From an uncultured bacterium (lineage in GTDB: Bacteria > Verrucomicrobiota > Kiritimatiellia > PWTM01): a DNA stretch of 64,000 nt. The position numbers were made by a program, and so were the translations under genes. This document shows positions 48,754 to 59,552 of this stretch, one piece after another. A model generated the notes under the pieces. The model saw nothing but the letters and a program-made list of their open reading frames with translations. It ran no database searches and had not been told where the DNA came from. The stretch spans positions 61,379 to 125,378 of the forward strand of contig CAACVY010000001.1 of NCBI GenBank assembly GCA_900661335.1, given 5' to 3'. Within the stretch, counting starts at the first letter, position 1, and each line of letters opens with the position of its first letter.

Positions 48754-49830
48754 TTATCCTTTCGGTTGTCCGTGCGCCACTCTGTCCGCCACCATGTCGC
48801 CCACTTCCGTGGTTGTATAGCCCATGCGTCCAGCGGCCAGACTCTTGAGACGGCGGCTGGTCACGAACATCACCGCCTCTTCGATCGCATTGGCCGCCGC
48901 CTCTTCTCCGAGATGGCGCAACATCATTAGGCCTGCACAGATCGCCGCCAGCGGGTTGATCACGTTCTTCCCGGTGTATTTCGGGGCGGACCCGCCGATG
49001 GGCTCGAACATGCTGACGCCTTCCGGATTGATGTTGCCACCGGCGGCGATCCCCATCCCGCCTTGCGTGATGGCCGCGAGGTCGGTGATGATATCGCCGA
49101 ACATGTTGCCGGTGACGATGACGTCAAACCACTCGGGGTTCTTGACCATCCACATGCAGAGCGCGTCCACGTGGTAGTACTCCCGTTTCACATCGGGGTA
49201 CTCCTTCGCGCCCATCTCGTGGAACGCTCGTTCCCACAGATCGTACACGTACGTGAGGACGTTGGTCTTGCCGCACAAGGCCAGCGTTTTGCGCGGACGG
49301 CGTCGTGCAAGTTGAAACGCGTACTTCAGGCACCGATCTACTTGAAAGCGCGTGTAGATGCTGGTCTGAATGGCCACTTCGTGGGGCGTGTTCTTGAGCG
49401 TGAAACCGCCCGCGCCGGTGTACAGGTCGCCGGTGTTCTCCCGCACGACGATGTAGTCGATGTGCTCCGGCCCCTTATCCTTGAGCGGACATTCCACGCC
49501 CGGGTACAACTTCACCGGTCGAAGATTGATGTATTGATCCAGTTCGAACCTCAGCCGCAACAGGATCCCTTTTTCCAGAATTCCGGGCTTGACGTCGGGA
49601 TGGCCGATCGCACCGAGAAGAATGGCATCGACCTCGCGCAGTTCGTCCAACACGCTGTCCGGCAGCAGTTCGCCGGTTCGAAGATACCGGTCGCCTCCAA
49701 GGTCATACTCGTGGAAATCCAACCCAAACGTGAACCGCTGGGCGGCAGCGCGTAGAACCTTGACCGCTTCGCGCACCACTTCCGGGCCGGTGCCATCGCC
49801 CCCGATGACTGCGATCTTGTATGTTCTCAT
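48754..49830 (-). CDS. leuB: 3-isopropylmalate dehydrogenase-family enzyme (LeuB/tartrate/homoisocitrate dehydrogenase subfamily)
   Basis: IAVIGGDGTGPEV...NLRP...GDIITDLAA...GSAPKY. Confidence 0.7.
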   Translation of the reverse strand: MRTYKIAVIGGDGTGPEVVREAVKVLRAAAQRFTFGLDFHEYDLGGDRYLRTGELLPDSVLDELREVDAILLGAIGHPDVKPGILEKGILLRLRFELDQYINLRPVKLYPGVECPLKDKGPEHIDYIVVRENTGDLYTGAGGFTLKNTPHEVAIQTSIYTRFQVDRCLKYAFQLARRRPRKTLALCGKTNVLTYVYDLWERAFHEMGAKEYPDVKREYYHVDALCMWMVKNPEWFDVIVTGNMFGDIITDLAAITQGGMGIAAGGNINPEGVSMFEPIGGSAPKYTGKNVINPLAAICAGLMMLRHLGEEAAANAIEEAVMFVTSRRLKSLAAGRMGYTTTEVGDMVADRVAHGQPKG

Positions 49831-50590
49831 TCGATCCCTGCCTACATGCCTGCCTGCTCAGGTCGCCGTCACGACCACCGTCGCGGCAGTAGGCGGCGAA
49901 CTATACCGTTTTTTGTCCAATTCGGCAACTGCGGCACTGTTGCATCACGCCCATTGCAGTCTTGCGATTGAACCAAACGGTACCACGGAATGCGGCTCTG
50001 CACTCCGTCGCCGCGCCGATGCGCCACCCCCATCGCCCGTACATGGCGGAGTTCATTGCCAATGCGACGGCGCACTACCTCGCAGCGGTGGAGACATGAG
50101 GCATCGTGATCACTGCAGCAGAGTGGAAACGAATCGCGAGCGGTCCACTCGCGTCGCAGACCCTCGCAGAGTTCCAATGGCCCCGTGGACGTTCCATCGG
50201 GGCCGTGCGGGGTACGATGGAGCCAGCTCGCCGGCGGGCTTAAAGTCACCGTGGATTGGGGGCGATTGGTTTTCTCAATGCACGCGGGCTTCCGCGGTCG
50301 AGTACAGTGGTAAACCGACAGTTCAGCTGCAGCGTCCGGTTCATTAGGTGGCCCGGATGTGGCGATCGTTGGACTTCCGGCGTACGCCGCGGCCGACGTC
50401 TCGTTCGAAGCCATCCGCGAGTGCTGCTTCGCAGCGTGGCCGCTCGTCCAGAAGCTTCGCGCCATTGGGTTGGTTGTGCTTCATGATGCAGTGCACTCGG
50501 GAACGGCCCACTTGGTGCTCCAGTCGTCCCCAGAGCGCCGCCTGGGATTCTGCATTTGACGGAAACACTAAGCTGGGGCATAGTGCGTGC

Positions 50591-51487
50591 ATGAGATTCA
50601 CCGTGAGTACCAGCGATTTGGACACCGCCTTGCAGCAAGTCCGGCGGGAAATTTCCAGCGCGTTGGCGGACACGATTCTCGATCGGCTGAACTTTGATCT
50701 CGCGGAGTTCCTCGGCGCGGGAAAGATGCTACGTGCGCGCGCGGTGGTGCGGCTGGCTATGTCCATGGGCCACCCACTTGAACCCGCCGTGCGCGCCGCC
50801 GCGGCTGTCGAAATGGTTCACGGCGCGAGCCTCCTGCATGACGATGTCATCGATGGCGGATGGGTCCGTCGCTCTCGACCCACGCTGTGGGCCGTCCACG
50901 GGGCAAGGATTGCCATTTTGGTGGGGGATGTCCTGTTGGGCCGTGCGCTCGGGGTGTTGACTGCCGCTGGGCGTCCGGCTTGGGTGGATGCATTGGCCGG
51001 TGCGGTGGCAGAGGTCTGTCAAACTGAGACTGAGCAAGAACTGCTGTTGCGAGGACAGACCGCGGGATGGGAGGACGTCCTTCGCATCGCACGCGGCAAA
51101 ACTGGGCCGTTGTTTGCGTTTGCCGCGTTGGCGGGATCGGGCGGCGAGGGCCCGGTGGCTGATGCTGCGCGCGAAGCGGGCTACCTAGCCGGTACGGTGT
51201 ATCAGATCTCGGATGACTGGCTCGATCTGGGCGGGAATCCGGAACGCGCCGGTAAGACTCTCGGAACCGATCAGTTGAGAGAGAAACCCACAACCGCCAA
51301 CGTCGCAAGGATTTCTCGTCCAGAAGTGGTCACTTTGGTGGAGACGTTACTCGAGCGATCGCGTGGTCTCCTATCCGAGTGGCCCGATGCACTTCGGGGT
51401 TGGGATGCATTTCTCTCGCTCGATTTGAAGCCCGCCGTGGCGGCGAATCTTCGGGAAGCCGCAGCGAAAAAGTCCGTCCATGCGTAG
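50591..51487 (+). CDS. trans-polyprenyl diphosphate synthase
   Basis: LLHDDVID and ISDDWLD aspartate-rich motifs. The listed ORF starts at 50348, but ATG 50591 gives the canonical length. Confidence 0.75.
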   Translation: MRFTVSTSDLDTALQQVRREISSALADTILDRLNFDLAEFLGAGKMLRARAVVRLAMSMGHPLEPAVRAAAAVEMVHGASLLHDDVIDGGWVRRSRPTLWAVHGARIAILVGDVLLGRALGVLTAAGRPAWVDALAGAVAEVCQTETEQELLLRGQTAGWEDVLRIARGKTGPLFAFAALAGSGGEGPVADAAREAGYLAGTVYQISDDWLDLGGNPERAGKTLGTDQLREKPTTANVARISRPEVVTLVETLLERSRGLLSEWPDALRGWDAFLSLDLKPAVAANLREAAAKKSVHA

Positions 51488-52169
51488 GATCGGCTGGTGG
51501 ATGGGCCTCGGCCTCGTCGGCAGTTCGGTCATCTCTTGGGCGCAGTGGCCTTGGAGGATCGAGTTTGACCGTTGGCCCGATGGCTACGTGGTCCGGGGAC
51601 GGCCAGGGACTCCCATGGCGATGTTCGAGCTGGTGCAAGTGCCCGATGCAGTCGAAGGTTATGCACTCCGCATGAAGGCGGACCGTGCGACCGGTTCGTT
51701 GTTGATTCCGGTGCCGCGGTTGGAAGGCGTTGGGTCCTTAGTGTTACGGTGGCGGTGGCGCGTCCTGGAGTTTCCTACGAATGCAGATGGCCGCGACGCT
51801 CGGCGCGACGACCAGGCGATTGGGATTTATGTGGGCACCGAAGGCGGATGGCGGCGACGGGCCTTGGCTTACCGTTGGGAGACCGAGACTCCCGTGGGGC
51901 AATCCGGAGAGGCCGTATACGCTGGGGGCCTCGTTCGCGTCCGATGGATTTGCGTGCGCAACGCCAAGGATGGCGCAGGGCGGTTTTTGACTGAGGAGCG
52001 CAACCTTATGGCTGACTGGCGGGAGGCCTTCGGGGATTCCCTTCCTAGCTCGGTGGCGATCAGCGTCAGTTGCAATAGCCAATACACTGGCACGAAGGCT
52101 TCTGCAGAATTGGATTGGATCGAACTGGCTACGAGCACCAACCTAGCGCCCCCGGCTGTGGCCAAATGA
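51480..52169 (+). CDS. DUF3047-family secreted protein
   Basis: Signal peptide, and the overall pattern of the DUF3047 family. Overlaps the upstream stop. Confidence 0.5.
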   Translation: MRRIGWWMGLGLVGSSVISWAQWPWRIEFDRWPDGYVVRGRPGTPMAMFELVQVPDAVEGYALRMKADRATGSLLIPVPRLEGVGSLVLRWRWRVLEFPTNADGRDARRDDQAIGIYVGTEGGWRRRALAYRWETETPVGQSGEAVYAGGLVRVRWICVRNAKDGAGRFLTEERNLMADWREAFGDSLPSSVAISVSCNSQYTGTKASAELDWIELATSTNLAPPAVAK

Positions 52170-53617
52170 ATCCCGTGCGGTTGGTCCACCGCGGACCGCG
52201 AGACATCGGGGCCAACTGGACGCCGCCGGGGAAACGCGATGAGACTTGAAATCATGGAGCTTTGTGTTCGCGGATTTGAGGATGCGTCCCCCCCCGCGAG
52301 CGCCGCTCCTTTTCTGGCAGTCCGCCCTCAGCGAGGCAAGCGACACGCATGTCGGGGCGGTGGGGCTCAAATCACCGTTGTCGGCCAAGGGTTTCCGCCC
52401 GCGGCGAAGTGCCCGAAGGACCGGTAGTTCATCCCTCTGGGTTCCATCACGCTGTGGCCGGCCAAAGGTTGGATGAGGCGGTTCCGAACCTGTCCAACGT
52501 TTGGAAGCTCGGCAGCCTGGATCGTCTGATGAAGCTACGGACGCACGCGGGGCTGGACAAAATCCAAGGCGCTCCTAAAGTCGCCACGGGAAGGAGATGC
52601 GTTGTGCGACCGAAACGTGTGACGCCAAGGAGGTACCCCGTACAAGCCTGTATCGCATTCGGTCCTCACACGCACCACACATTGGCCGAACGAGAGGCCG
52701 CGAACAGCCGACCGCTCCGGTAGGGCCGTGTCCCATACCTGCACGTTGCCGCGCACGCGGAGATTCCTGGCACAGGAACGTACACGGTTGAAGGTGTCGG
52801 ATTCCGGCAAATCTGACCAAGTCCAGGGGGCGTGACGGGGTTCAGCAGTCGGTTCGGCAAGCAAGCGAGGAAGGTGATCAAGCGTGGCTCAGTTGTCGCC
52901 AATCACGCGGATGATAACGCAGGCGTGACTGGGCCTTATGACTCGTGGATCGCTCGGCGACGTGGGCGGAGAAGGAGATCGAAAAGGGCATTCGTGGAGG
53001 TGGCGAAGAGATGATTGGGACGAACCCGGACGGAAGCGAGGGCGAACCAAGTCGCGGAGCGTACGGCTCGGCGTGCGCCGACCCCACTGTCGGAGCTAGG
53101 GAAGGCTCCTAGTGTCGGCCCGCTGGTCCTCGCCCGTGCGCAAGAAGAACGGAAGAGCCCCAAGAAGACGAACAAGAGGCTGACCGACGCGCTTTCAGAG
53201 AGGATTGGACGCTTCCGGCCCTGAATCGTTCAAACCTAGAACGACGAGACGGCTTGTGGGGGTGCGAACGGTGGCGTTCGCACACGGAGGGCGAAGTCTG
53301 GCGAAACTTTACGCGGGTGGTGTGCCATGGGCGGGAGGTTATGGATCGTTGCCGGTGGTGCAGCATACTCCGACGCACCACATAGTTTCGGCGCGAAAGG
53401 CCGCAAAGCAACTTAGGGTGCCGAAGAGCGCGCTGACGCACCCGGCAGGCGTGGGGCGATTCCGCCGGTGCAACACCGCGTGCGCCGGCCTGTGGACTAT
53501 GGATACTCTGGGCCAGGGAAACCAATCCTCGAGGAGCTTCGACCGATGTTGCGTCGGTATGGGCTCGGTAGTTCTCGGCGAGACTCCCGGGCGCGAACGC
53601 GGAAACCTTCGGGCGGC

Positions 53618-54781
53618 CTACGGAGAGGCGATATGCGATTGGGCGAGGGCGGCGTGAAGCTCTTGGTCCAAGATCTCCGCCGCACGAGCCGCCGCACCCG
53701 GTTGACCGAGCTTGGTGTGGACTTCGTGGTAGCCGAGGAGCATGGCTTGGCGTTGGGGCGTATCGGTCAGCAACGGTTCGATCACGTCCGCGAGGCGAGC
53801 CGGTGTGGCCTCATGTTGGATCAGCTCGGGGCAAATCCCCCGGCCGGCGATGAGGTTGACCATGCCGATGTACGGCACGCGGATGAGGCAACGGCCCAGC
53901 AGGTAGCTGAGCGGGTGGGCTCGATAGACGACGACTTGCGGGCAGTCGAGCAACGCTGCTTCCAGCGTGGCAGTGCCCGATGTGACCCAGGCGGCGGTGG
54001 CTTGCCGCAGCACATCTCGCGTGCGGCCCACGGCCACCGAAAATCCGACGGACCGTGGAGAGCGTTGCGCAATGAGCCGACGGGCGAGTTCGGCGGTGAC
54101 GTCGTTGGCGGCTGCGACGATGAAGGCAGCATTGGGGTGGCGAACTCGAATCTGTTCGGCCGCCGCCAGCATAATGGGAAGAATCCGCCGCACTTCTTGG
54201 CGGCGACTTCCTGGCAACAATCCCACGCGCGGTTGGCCAGATCCCCATTCGGCCAACGGGGCAGTGGTGAAACCGGTCAGCTCATCCACAAAGGGATGGC
54301 CGACGAAATCCACCGTCAATCCGGTGTCGCGGAACAGCTCACGCTCGAAGGGAAAAATCACCAAAAGGCGATCCACCGTTCGGGCCAGCGTCCAGATTCG
54401 AGAACGATGCCAAGCCCAGACTTGTGGGCAGATGAAGTAGAGAACGCGGAGGCCGCGGCGTTTGAGGGCGCGCGCGAGCCGCAGGTTGAACCCGGGGTAG
54501 TCCACCAAAATGGCCAGATCGGGGGGGCGGGATTCGACGCGCCGGAGGATGTCGCGCCACATACGTCGCACAAGACCGGCATGCCGCAGCACTTCCAGAA
54601 AGCCCATGATCGCCGTCTGGCGCACATCGTAGAGGAGTTCCGCGCCGGCGGCGCGAAGCCGATCGCCGCCGATGCCCCAAAGTTCCGCGTTCAGCCCTCG
54701 CTGCTGCCAGGCCCGGACAACGGCACCTGCGTGGAGATCTCCGGAAACGTCGCCGGCGACGATCAGGATGGAAGGCTTCAT
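53618..54781 (-). CDS. lpxB: lipid-A-disaccharide synthase
   Basis: ILIVAGDVSGD...GTATLEAAL..., and the whole length. Confidence 0.85.
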   Translation of the reverse strand: MKPSILIVAGDVSGDLHAGAVVRAWQQRGLNAELWGIGGDRLRAAGAELLYDVRQTAIMGFLEVLRHAGLVRRMWRDILRRVESRPPDLAILVDYPGFNLRLARALKRRGLRVLYFICPQVWAWHRSRIWTLARTVDRLLVIFPFERELFRDTGLTVDFVGHPFVDELTGFTTAPLAEWGSGQPRVGLLPGSRRQEVRRILPIMLAAAEQIRVRHPNAAFIVAAANDVTAELARRLIAQRSPRSVGFSVAVGRTRDVLRQATAAWVTSGTATLEAALLDCPQVVVYRAHPLSYLLGRCLIRVPYIGMVNLIAGRGICPELIQHEATPARLADVIEPLLTDTPQRQAMLLGYHEVHTKLGQPGAAARAAEILDQELHAALAQSHIASP

Positions 54782-55725
54782 GAAGGGCCGGCGTCGAGGC
54801 GGCGGTGAATCTCGATGGCAAGTTGCAGCGCGCGGGCGGCTTGGCGGCCGTCCACGACCGGCTCGGCGTGGCGCTGGACGCAGTCCACGAACGACGCTAA
54901 CTCGTTCGCCAGCGGTTCGCCTCGCTCGATTGGGATCGCTTCGCGGACGATGCGGCCGTTCTGCAGGCGGTAGATCTCGCCGTTTTGGTTGAGGTAGTCG
55001 AGCGACACGTATGCATGCTCGTAGAACACACGGATCTTTCGCATGCGGTCGGGGCTGATCCGGCTTGCCGTGACGTTGGCGATGGCGCCGTCTTCAAACT
55101 GCAGGCGTACGTTGGCGATGTCCTCGGTGCGGCTCAGCACGGGCACGCCCACCGCGTGGATTTTCTGGACGGGCGATCGTACCAAATGCAAGAGTACTTC
55201 GAGGTCGTGGATCATGAGGTCCAAAATCACGCTTACTTCGGTTCCGCGGGGAGGCCCATCGGGTCGTGGAGGTGGGTAGGGAGCAAGCCGATGGGCTTCG
55301 ATGAAACGCGGTCGGCCCCCGATGTTTTCCAGGACGCCGAGGACCGGATTGAATCGTTCCACATGCCCAACTTGAAGGATGAGCCCCTTCCGCTCCGCCA
55401 GCTCGACCATTTCGCGTGCTTCCTCGGTGGTGACCGCGATGGGTTTTTCGACCAACAGGTGAACGCCTCGCTGGAGCAGCTCGACTGAGACGTCGCGGTG
55501 CCGATCCGTCGGGACCACCACACTGGCCGCTTCCACCAGGTCGGCCAGTTCTTGAAGCGAGTGAGCGGCTCGCGCGCCAAACCGTTGGGCGATGGTTTGT
55601 GCGCGCTCCGCGTTGATGTCATACACGGCGACCAACTGGGCCGTGGGAAGCTGGGAATAGATTCGGGCATGGTGTTCGCCCAACGCGCCCACGCCCACCA
55701 CGCCTACGCGAGTTCGTGCCGTCAT
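54778..55725 (-). CDS. Gfo/Idh/MocA-family NAD-dependent oxidoreductase in the lipid-A cluster (GnnA-like?)
   Basis: RVGVVGVGALGEHH Rossmann motif, EKP. Strong GGAGG Shine-Dalgarno. ATGA overlaps with lpxI and lpxB. Confidence 0.7.
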   Translation of the reverse strand: MTARTRVGVVGVGALGEHHARIYSQLPTAQLVAVYDINAERAQTIAQRFGARAAHSLQELADLVEAASVVVPTDRHRDVSVELLQRGVHLLVEKPIAVTTEEAREMVELAERKGLILQVGHVERFNPVLGVLENIGGRPRFIEAHRLAPYPPPRPDGPPRGTEVSVILDLMIHDLEVLLHLVRSPVQKIHAVGVPVLSRTEDIANVRLQFEDGAIANVTASRISPDRMRKIRVFYEHAYVSLDYLNQNGEIYRLQNGRIVREAIPIERGEPLANELASFVDCVQRHAEPVVDGRQAARALQLAIEIHRRLDAGPS

Positions 55726-56573
55726 GAAACTTCCTCCGGTGACACTGGTTCGCTTGCCGGAAATGCGATGACGCTCATGCCCCAACGATCCGCCAGCTCG
55801 ATCAGTTTCGGCCGCTCCAGGAGAATTGTGCGCCCCGCTTCGACCGCCAATGCGGACGCACGGGCTTTGCGGAGCACTTTCATGGTTTGTAGTCCCACCA
55901 CGGGAATATCGTAACGCATGTCATGTCCCGTCCGCGCGGTTTTGACCACGACAGCTCCGGGACCGCCCAAGCGGCCGCCACGCCGGATGGCTTCATCGGT
56001 GCCCTCGAACGCCTCGACGGCGAGGATAACGCCGTCCTTGACGACCACAGTTTGCCCTACCTCCAGCGCACTGGTGGCCTTTGCAACTCGGCGGCCGAGT
56101 TGAATATCGGCTTGTTCCCGATCGTCGGGAGGCCGGCGAGTCAGAACGCCCGGGGGCGGCATCGCCGTCTCCATAAAGGAGTCGGCGCGGTGGACACGGA
56201 TTCCCAACTCTTCGATCTTGCGAACCACGGCGCCGAAAATAGTCCGTGCGTTCCACGCGGGTAACGATTTCAGCAAGGCCCACGCGTCGGCGTCCGGACG
56301 GACGCGGAACAAGTTGGTGGGGGCGATTTGCCCCGCCATCACGGCGTCCCGGATGCCCAACTCACGCACGGCGTCGAGAAACCGTCGCAGTGCCCCCACT
56401 GGCACCCATCGAACTTCGTCGGCCGCGCGGGCTACCGCTCGTTCCGTCTCGCCGGGAAACGCAATCACGGCGATGTGGCGTACGCCTTGTGCGCGCGCGG
56501 ATTCGATCAGAATGTGGGGATAGGCGCCGCGTCCAGCGATTACGAGCAGGCGTTCGGGAACGGGCGAAGTCAT
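55722..56573 (-). CDS. lpxI: UDP-2,3-diacylglucosamine hydrolase LpxI (DUF1009)
   Basis: LLVIAGRGAYP...VVVKDGVILAVEAFEGTDEAIRRGG. About 283 aa from ATG 56573. Confidence 0.7.
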   Translation of the reverse strand: MTSPVPERLLVIAGRGAYPHILIESARAQGVRHIAVIAFPGETERAVARAADEVRWVPVGALRRFLDAVRELGIRDAVMAGQIAPTNLFRVRPDADAWALLKSLPAWNARTIFGAVVRKIEELGIRVHRADSFMETAMPPPGVLTRRPPDDREQADIQLGRRVAKATSALEVGQTVVVKDGVILAVEAFEGTDEAIRRGGRLGGPGAVVVKTARTGHDMRYDIPVVGLQTMKVLRKARASALAVEAGRTILLERPKLIELADRWGMSVIAFPASEPVSPEEVS

Positions 56574-56593
56574 CGCAGGTTCGAGACGCGAGG

Positions 56594-59074
56594 TCACCAA
56601 GCGAACTCGTCGGGGCGGCCGATCCGCCGCTTCATGGTGCGTCCCAACAGACGGACCACTTGGCGCCGGGCGTCGATCACACCGTAGGCGACTTTGAGTG
56701 AGGGGTCGAGTGCGGCGGCGGTGCTGACAGAATTGCGTATCCACCGGTAGCCTTCTTGGGGAAACTCCACGCGAACGCTGTAGCCATCCATGCCCAATTC
56801 GGTGGCATAGACACCGGGGTTGACTTCAGAAATGCTCGACCTGTAGCGGAAGCGGAGACGAACCACTCGGCCGTCGAGCTCGCGCATGCGCCCGATCAGC
56901 GCGGCAGGAGTGACGATTTCAATATCGCTGATGTCCGGCTCTGCTATTGCCGGTTGTGCAGTGGGGGCGCTGGTGGTCGCGGTCGCCACGGTTCGAGGAG
57001 TCGCAGTCGTGTTGGTTAGAGGGGGCAATTCTGACGTGTGAAACACGCTGGCCACCGCCGCCCGGATTCGTTCAAGGTCTTCGACCCGGCCCCACCGGAA
57101 CACATCGGTGTCGGCATAGGAGGTGACCGCCGCGCGGTACGATTCACCCGCCGCCGCGAGTTCTCCGCTTGCCACTTTGGCGAGCATATCGTCCACAGCG
57201 CGGTTGGCACGAATATTCATAGCGGTCGAACGCCAATCGGCGAGCCACCGCTCGAGATCGTCGGTCGGCATTCCGGCCCGGCGTGCCGCCGCGATTTGGG
57301 TTTCCGCCGCTGCAAAGTTGAGTTCGCCCAGTAGAAAGCGTGCCGCAAGAACTGGAAAGCGCGATTCATCGGCAGCGCGCAAAAGATCGAGCCAGTCGCT
57401 GGGACTGAGTCGGGCCAGTTCGACCTCGACTTCCGCCACGCCCTCGCCGAAGCGGCGACTGAGCAAGATGCGATTTTCTCGTACCGCGAGCACGTCGCCG
57501 GTTACTCCGGGCGTGTACTGGATCGAACGCCCCCATAGTGCTCGGGTGTTTTGCCCCAACACCTGCACCAGTTCGACCAGACTTGCGAACCGTTCCGCCT
57601 CCGTTCGCACGCGGTCGGCCATGGGATGATCCGAATGCGTACCCAACCATGATTGGACCACCGTAGAAGCGCCGATGTAGTTGCGGCGCGCAGACTCGGT
57701 CATCGCGCTTTGCATAAGCTTCAGAAAATCTTGCATAGTTTCCCAACCTAGTGTGGGTTTCGAGGTTTCCACTTGGTTGGTGGGAACCGGGGTCTCCACC
57801 ACGGCGGGCTGGCTAGTGAAACTTGGTGGAGGTGGCGGAGAAGGTGGTTCCGGTTTAGCCACCACGGGCTTGGGTGGTTTCGGATGAACCACTGGAGAGG
57901 TTGTGGCGGGGGGAGGAGCACCGGTGGCTCTAGCTGTCGGTGTGGGCCGCAGAGGCTCGGGGGAAGTGGTTTCTTCGCGAGGCGCAGCTCGGCGGCGCAA
58001 CGGCGATCCGGGCCAGAGGAAAAGCAGGTAAATGTCCGCCCCCAACAACGCCAACGCGATTAAGGCCAACACGAGCCCCAGCCGGGACGATCGCTTGGGT
58101 AATGTACTGGGCAATGGAGCCGGCGGAGGTGCGGGAGGTGCGAACGCTGGCCGAGGCTTATGCGCCGCCGTGGGTTCCGCAGCAATTGCCGAGACTCTTC
58201 GCTGTAGCGTGCTTGCGCCTGGGTAGGGGAGCGGAGGCAAGGGCGGAAACCCCGCCCGCACCCGCTCGATGTCCGCCAGTACTGCAGGCCAAGTTGGCGT
58301 GCGCTGGTCGCGATCCTTGACCAGCATTTTTTCGATCAACATCACCATCGCGGGGGAGATCCGCGGATTGATTTGCGAAGGATCCGGCAGCGTTCCCTCC
58401 AGTTGCTGCCGCATCGCTTCCTCATCCGAACAATTCTCGAACGGTATGTGCCCGGTGACCAAGTGGTACAGCACAGCTCCCAGCGCATAGATGTCCACTC
58501 GACAGTCGATATCCGCGAGGCCGCGCACTTGCTCGGGTGCCATGTAGTTGGGAGTTCCAATGGTCACCTCGCGAAGTAGTTGAGCCTCTTGGCTAAGGTT
58601 ACTGCGGCTAATGCCCGAAAAGTCCGCCACCTTGATGGTACCGTCCTCGTCCACCAGGATGTTTCCAGGCTTGAGATCGCAGTGAATGAGCCCGGCTTTT
58701 TCCCAGGCATACTGGAGCGCCCGCGCGACGCAGTCGGCGATCGTCAAGGCATCGCTTTCCGTCAGCACACCTTTCCGCGAAAGCCAATCGGCCACGCTAT
58801 ACGCCGAGACATACTCCATCACGAAGTACATCTGCCCGTCGGCCTGTCCCGCCTCATAGATCTGCAGGATGTTCGGATGTTTGAGCGTGGCGACGGAGTT
58901 GGCTTCAAGGCGAAATTGTGCGACGGCGATGGGATCGGAGTGAAGGTGGGGGTGAAGGACCTTGATCGCCACCAAGCGGTCCAACGAGCGTTGGCGGGCC
59001 TTGTAGACCACGCCCATGGCGCCGTCACTGATCTTGTCCAGAATCTCGTACCCTGGAATGTTGGGCTGTTCCAT
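56594..59074 (-). CDS. Ser/Thr protein kinase with a Pro-rich linker, a TM helix and a large C-terminal extracytoplasmic domain
   Basis: GAMGVVYKA...AIKVL, HCDLKPGNILV, DFS, APE. A TM helix LVLALIALALLGADIYLLF. About 480 aa of C-terminal domain of unknown function. Confidence 0.8.
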   Translation of the reverse strand: MEQPNIPGYEILDKISDGAMGVVYKARQRSLDRLVAIKVLHPHLHSDPIAVAQFRLEANSVATLKHPNILQIYEAGQADGQMYFVMEYVSAYSVADWLSRKGVLTESDALTIADCVARALQYAWEKAGLIHCDLKPGNILVDEDGTIKVADFSGISRSNLSQEAQLLREVTIGTPNYMAPEQVRGLADIDCRVDIYALGAVLYHLVTGHIPFENCSDEEAMRQQLEGTLPDPSQINPRISPAMVMLIEKMLVKDRDQRTPTWPAVLADIERVRAGFPPLPPLPYPGASTLQRRVSAIAAEPTAAHKPRPAFAPPAPPPAPLPSTLPKRSSRLGLVLALIALALLGADIYLLFLWPGSPLRRRAAPREETTSPEPLRPTPTARATGAPPPATTSPVVHPKPPKPVVAKPEPPSPPPPPSFTSQPAVVETPVPTNQVETSKPTLGWETMQDFLKLMQSAMTESARRNYIGASTVVQSWLGTHSDHPMADRVRTEAERFASLVELVQVLGQNTRALWGRSIQYTPGVTGDVLAVRENRILLSRRFGEGVAEVEVELARLSPSDWLDLLRAADESRFPVLAARFLLGELNFAAAETQIAAARRAGMPTDDLERWLADWRSTAMNIRANRAVDDMLAKVASGELAAAGESYRAAVTSYADTDVFRWGRVEDLERIRAAVASVFHTSELPPLTNTTATPRTVATATTSAPTAQPAIAEPDISDIEIVTPAALIGRMRELDGRVVRLRFRYRSSISEVNPGVYATELGMDGYSVRVEFPQEGYRWIRNSVSTAAALDPSLKVAYGVIDARRQVVRLLGRTMKRRIGRPDEFAW

Positions 59075-59552
59075 GACGACCCCGCGTTCTCTCCTTGACG
59101 GACACTCGGCCCTTTGTCTGAAGTATAGGACGGACTCGGCTAGTCGGCAATTCACTGGGCGCCTAAGTTTTTCCGACTCACCTGGGCCTCAGCGCGTACG
59201 GGGGCGCTTTTGCTCGCCGGCGACCCACTGAATAGGGGGCACGAACGACATCAGCGCGGTGACCAAGCGCTGGCCACGGAAGTGAATGCCCGCGGGGCGG
59301 GTGAGAACCGATCCAGGTTGGAGAGCGCAAGGATGAGATTCATTACGCTCACTTGCAATGTATCGCGGACACTTTTCGATGCTACGGAATCGCTGGATCA
59401 TTCTGGCGCGGGTCGCGAAAGGTTCGCACGCTGGTGCCTTTGGAATCGGGCACAGCGAGGTCTGTAGAGGGTGGTTCCGAGCCTGGTAAAATTTTCTGGG
59501 CCCGCGATGGGCGCTTGCCGCGAATGCGTGAACATGCTAAAAAATATCGGGA

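Noticed and set aside
52349-53657. Several 60-150-aa ORFs in the 52.2-53.6 kb gap
   Set aside because: None has protein-like composition or overlaps coherently. The region is reported as unexplained non-coding DNA instead.
57600-58200. Pro/Ala-rich repetitive stretch that could be mistaken for a tandem repeat or secreted repeat protein
   Set aside because: It is the low-complexity linker inside the Ser/Thr kinase gene, between the kinase domain and the TM helix.
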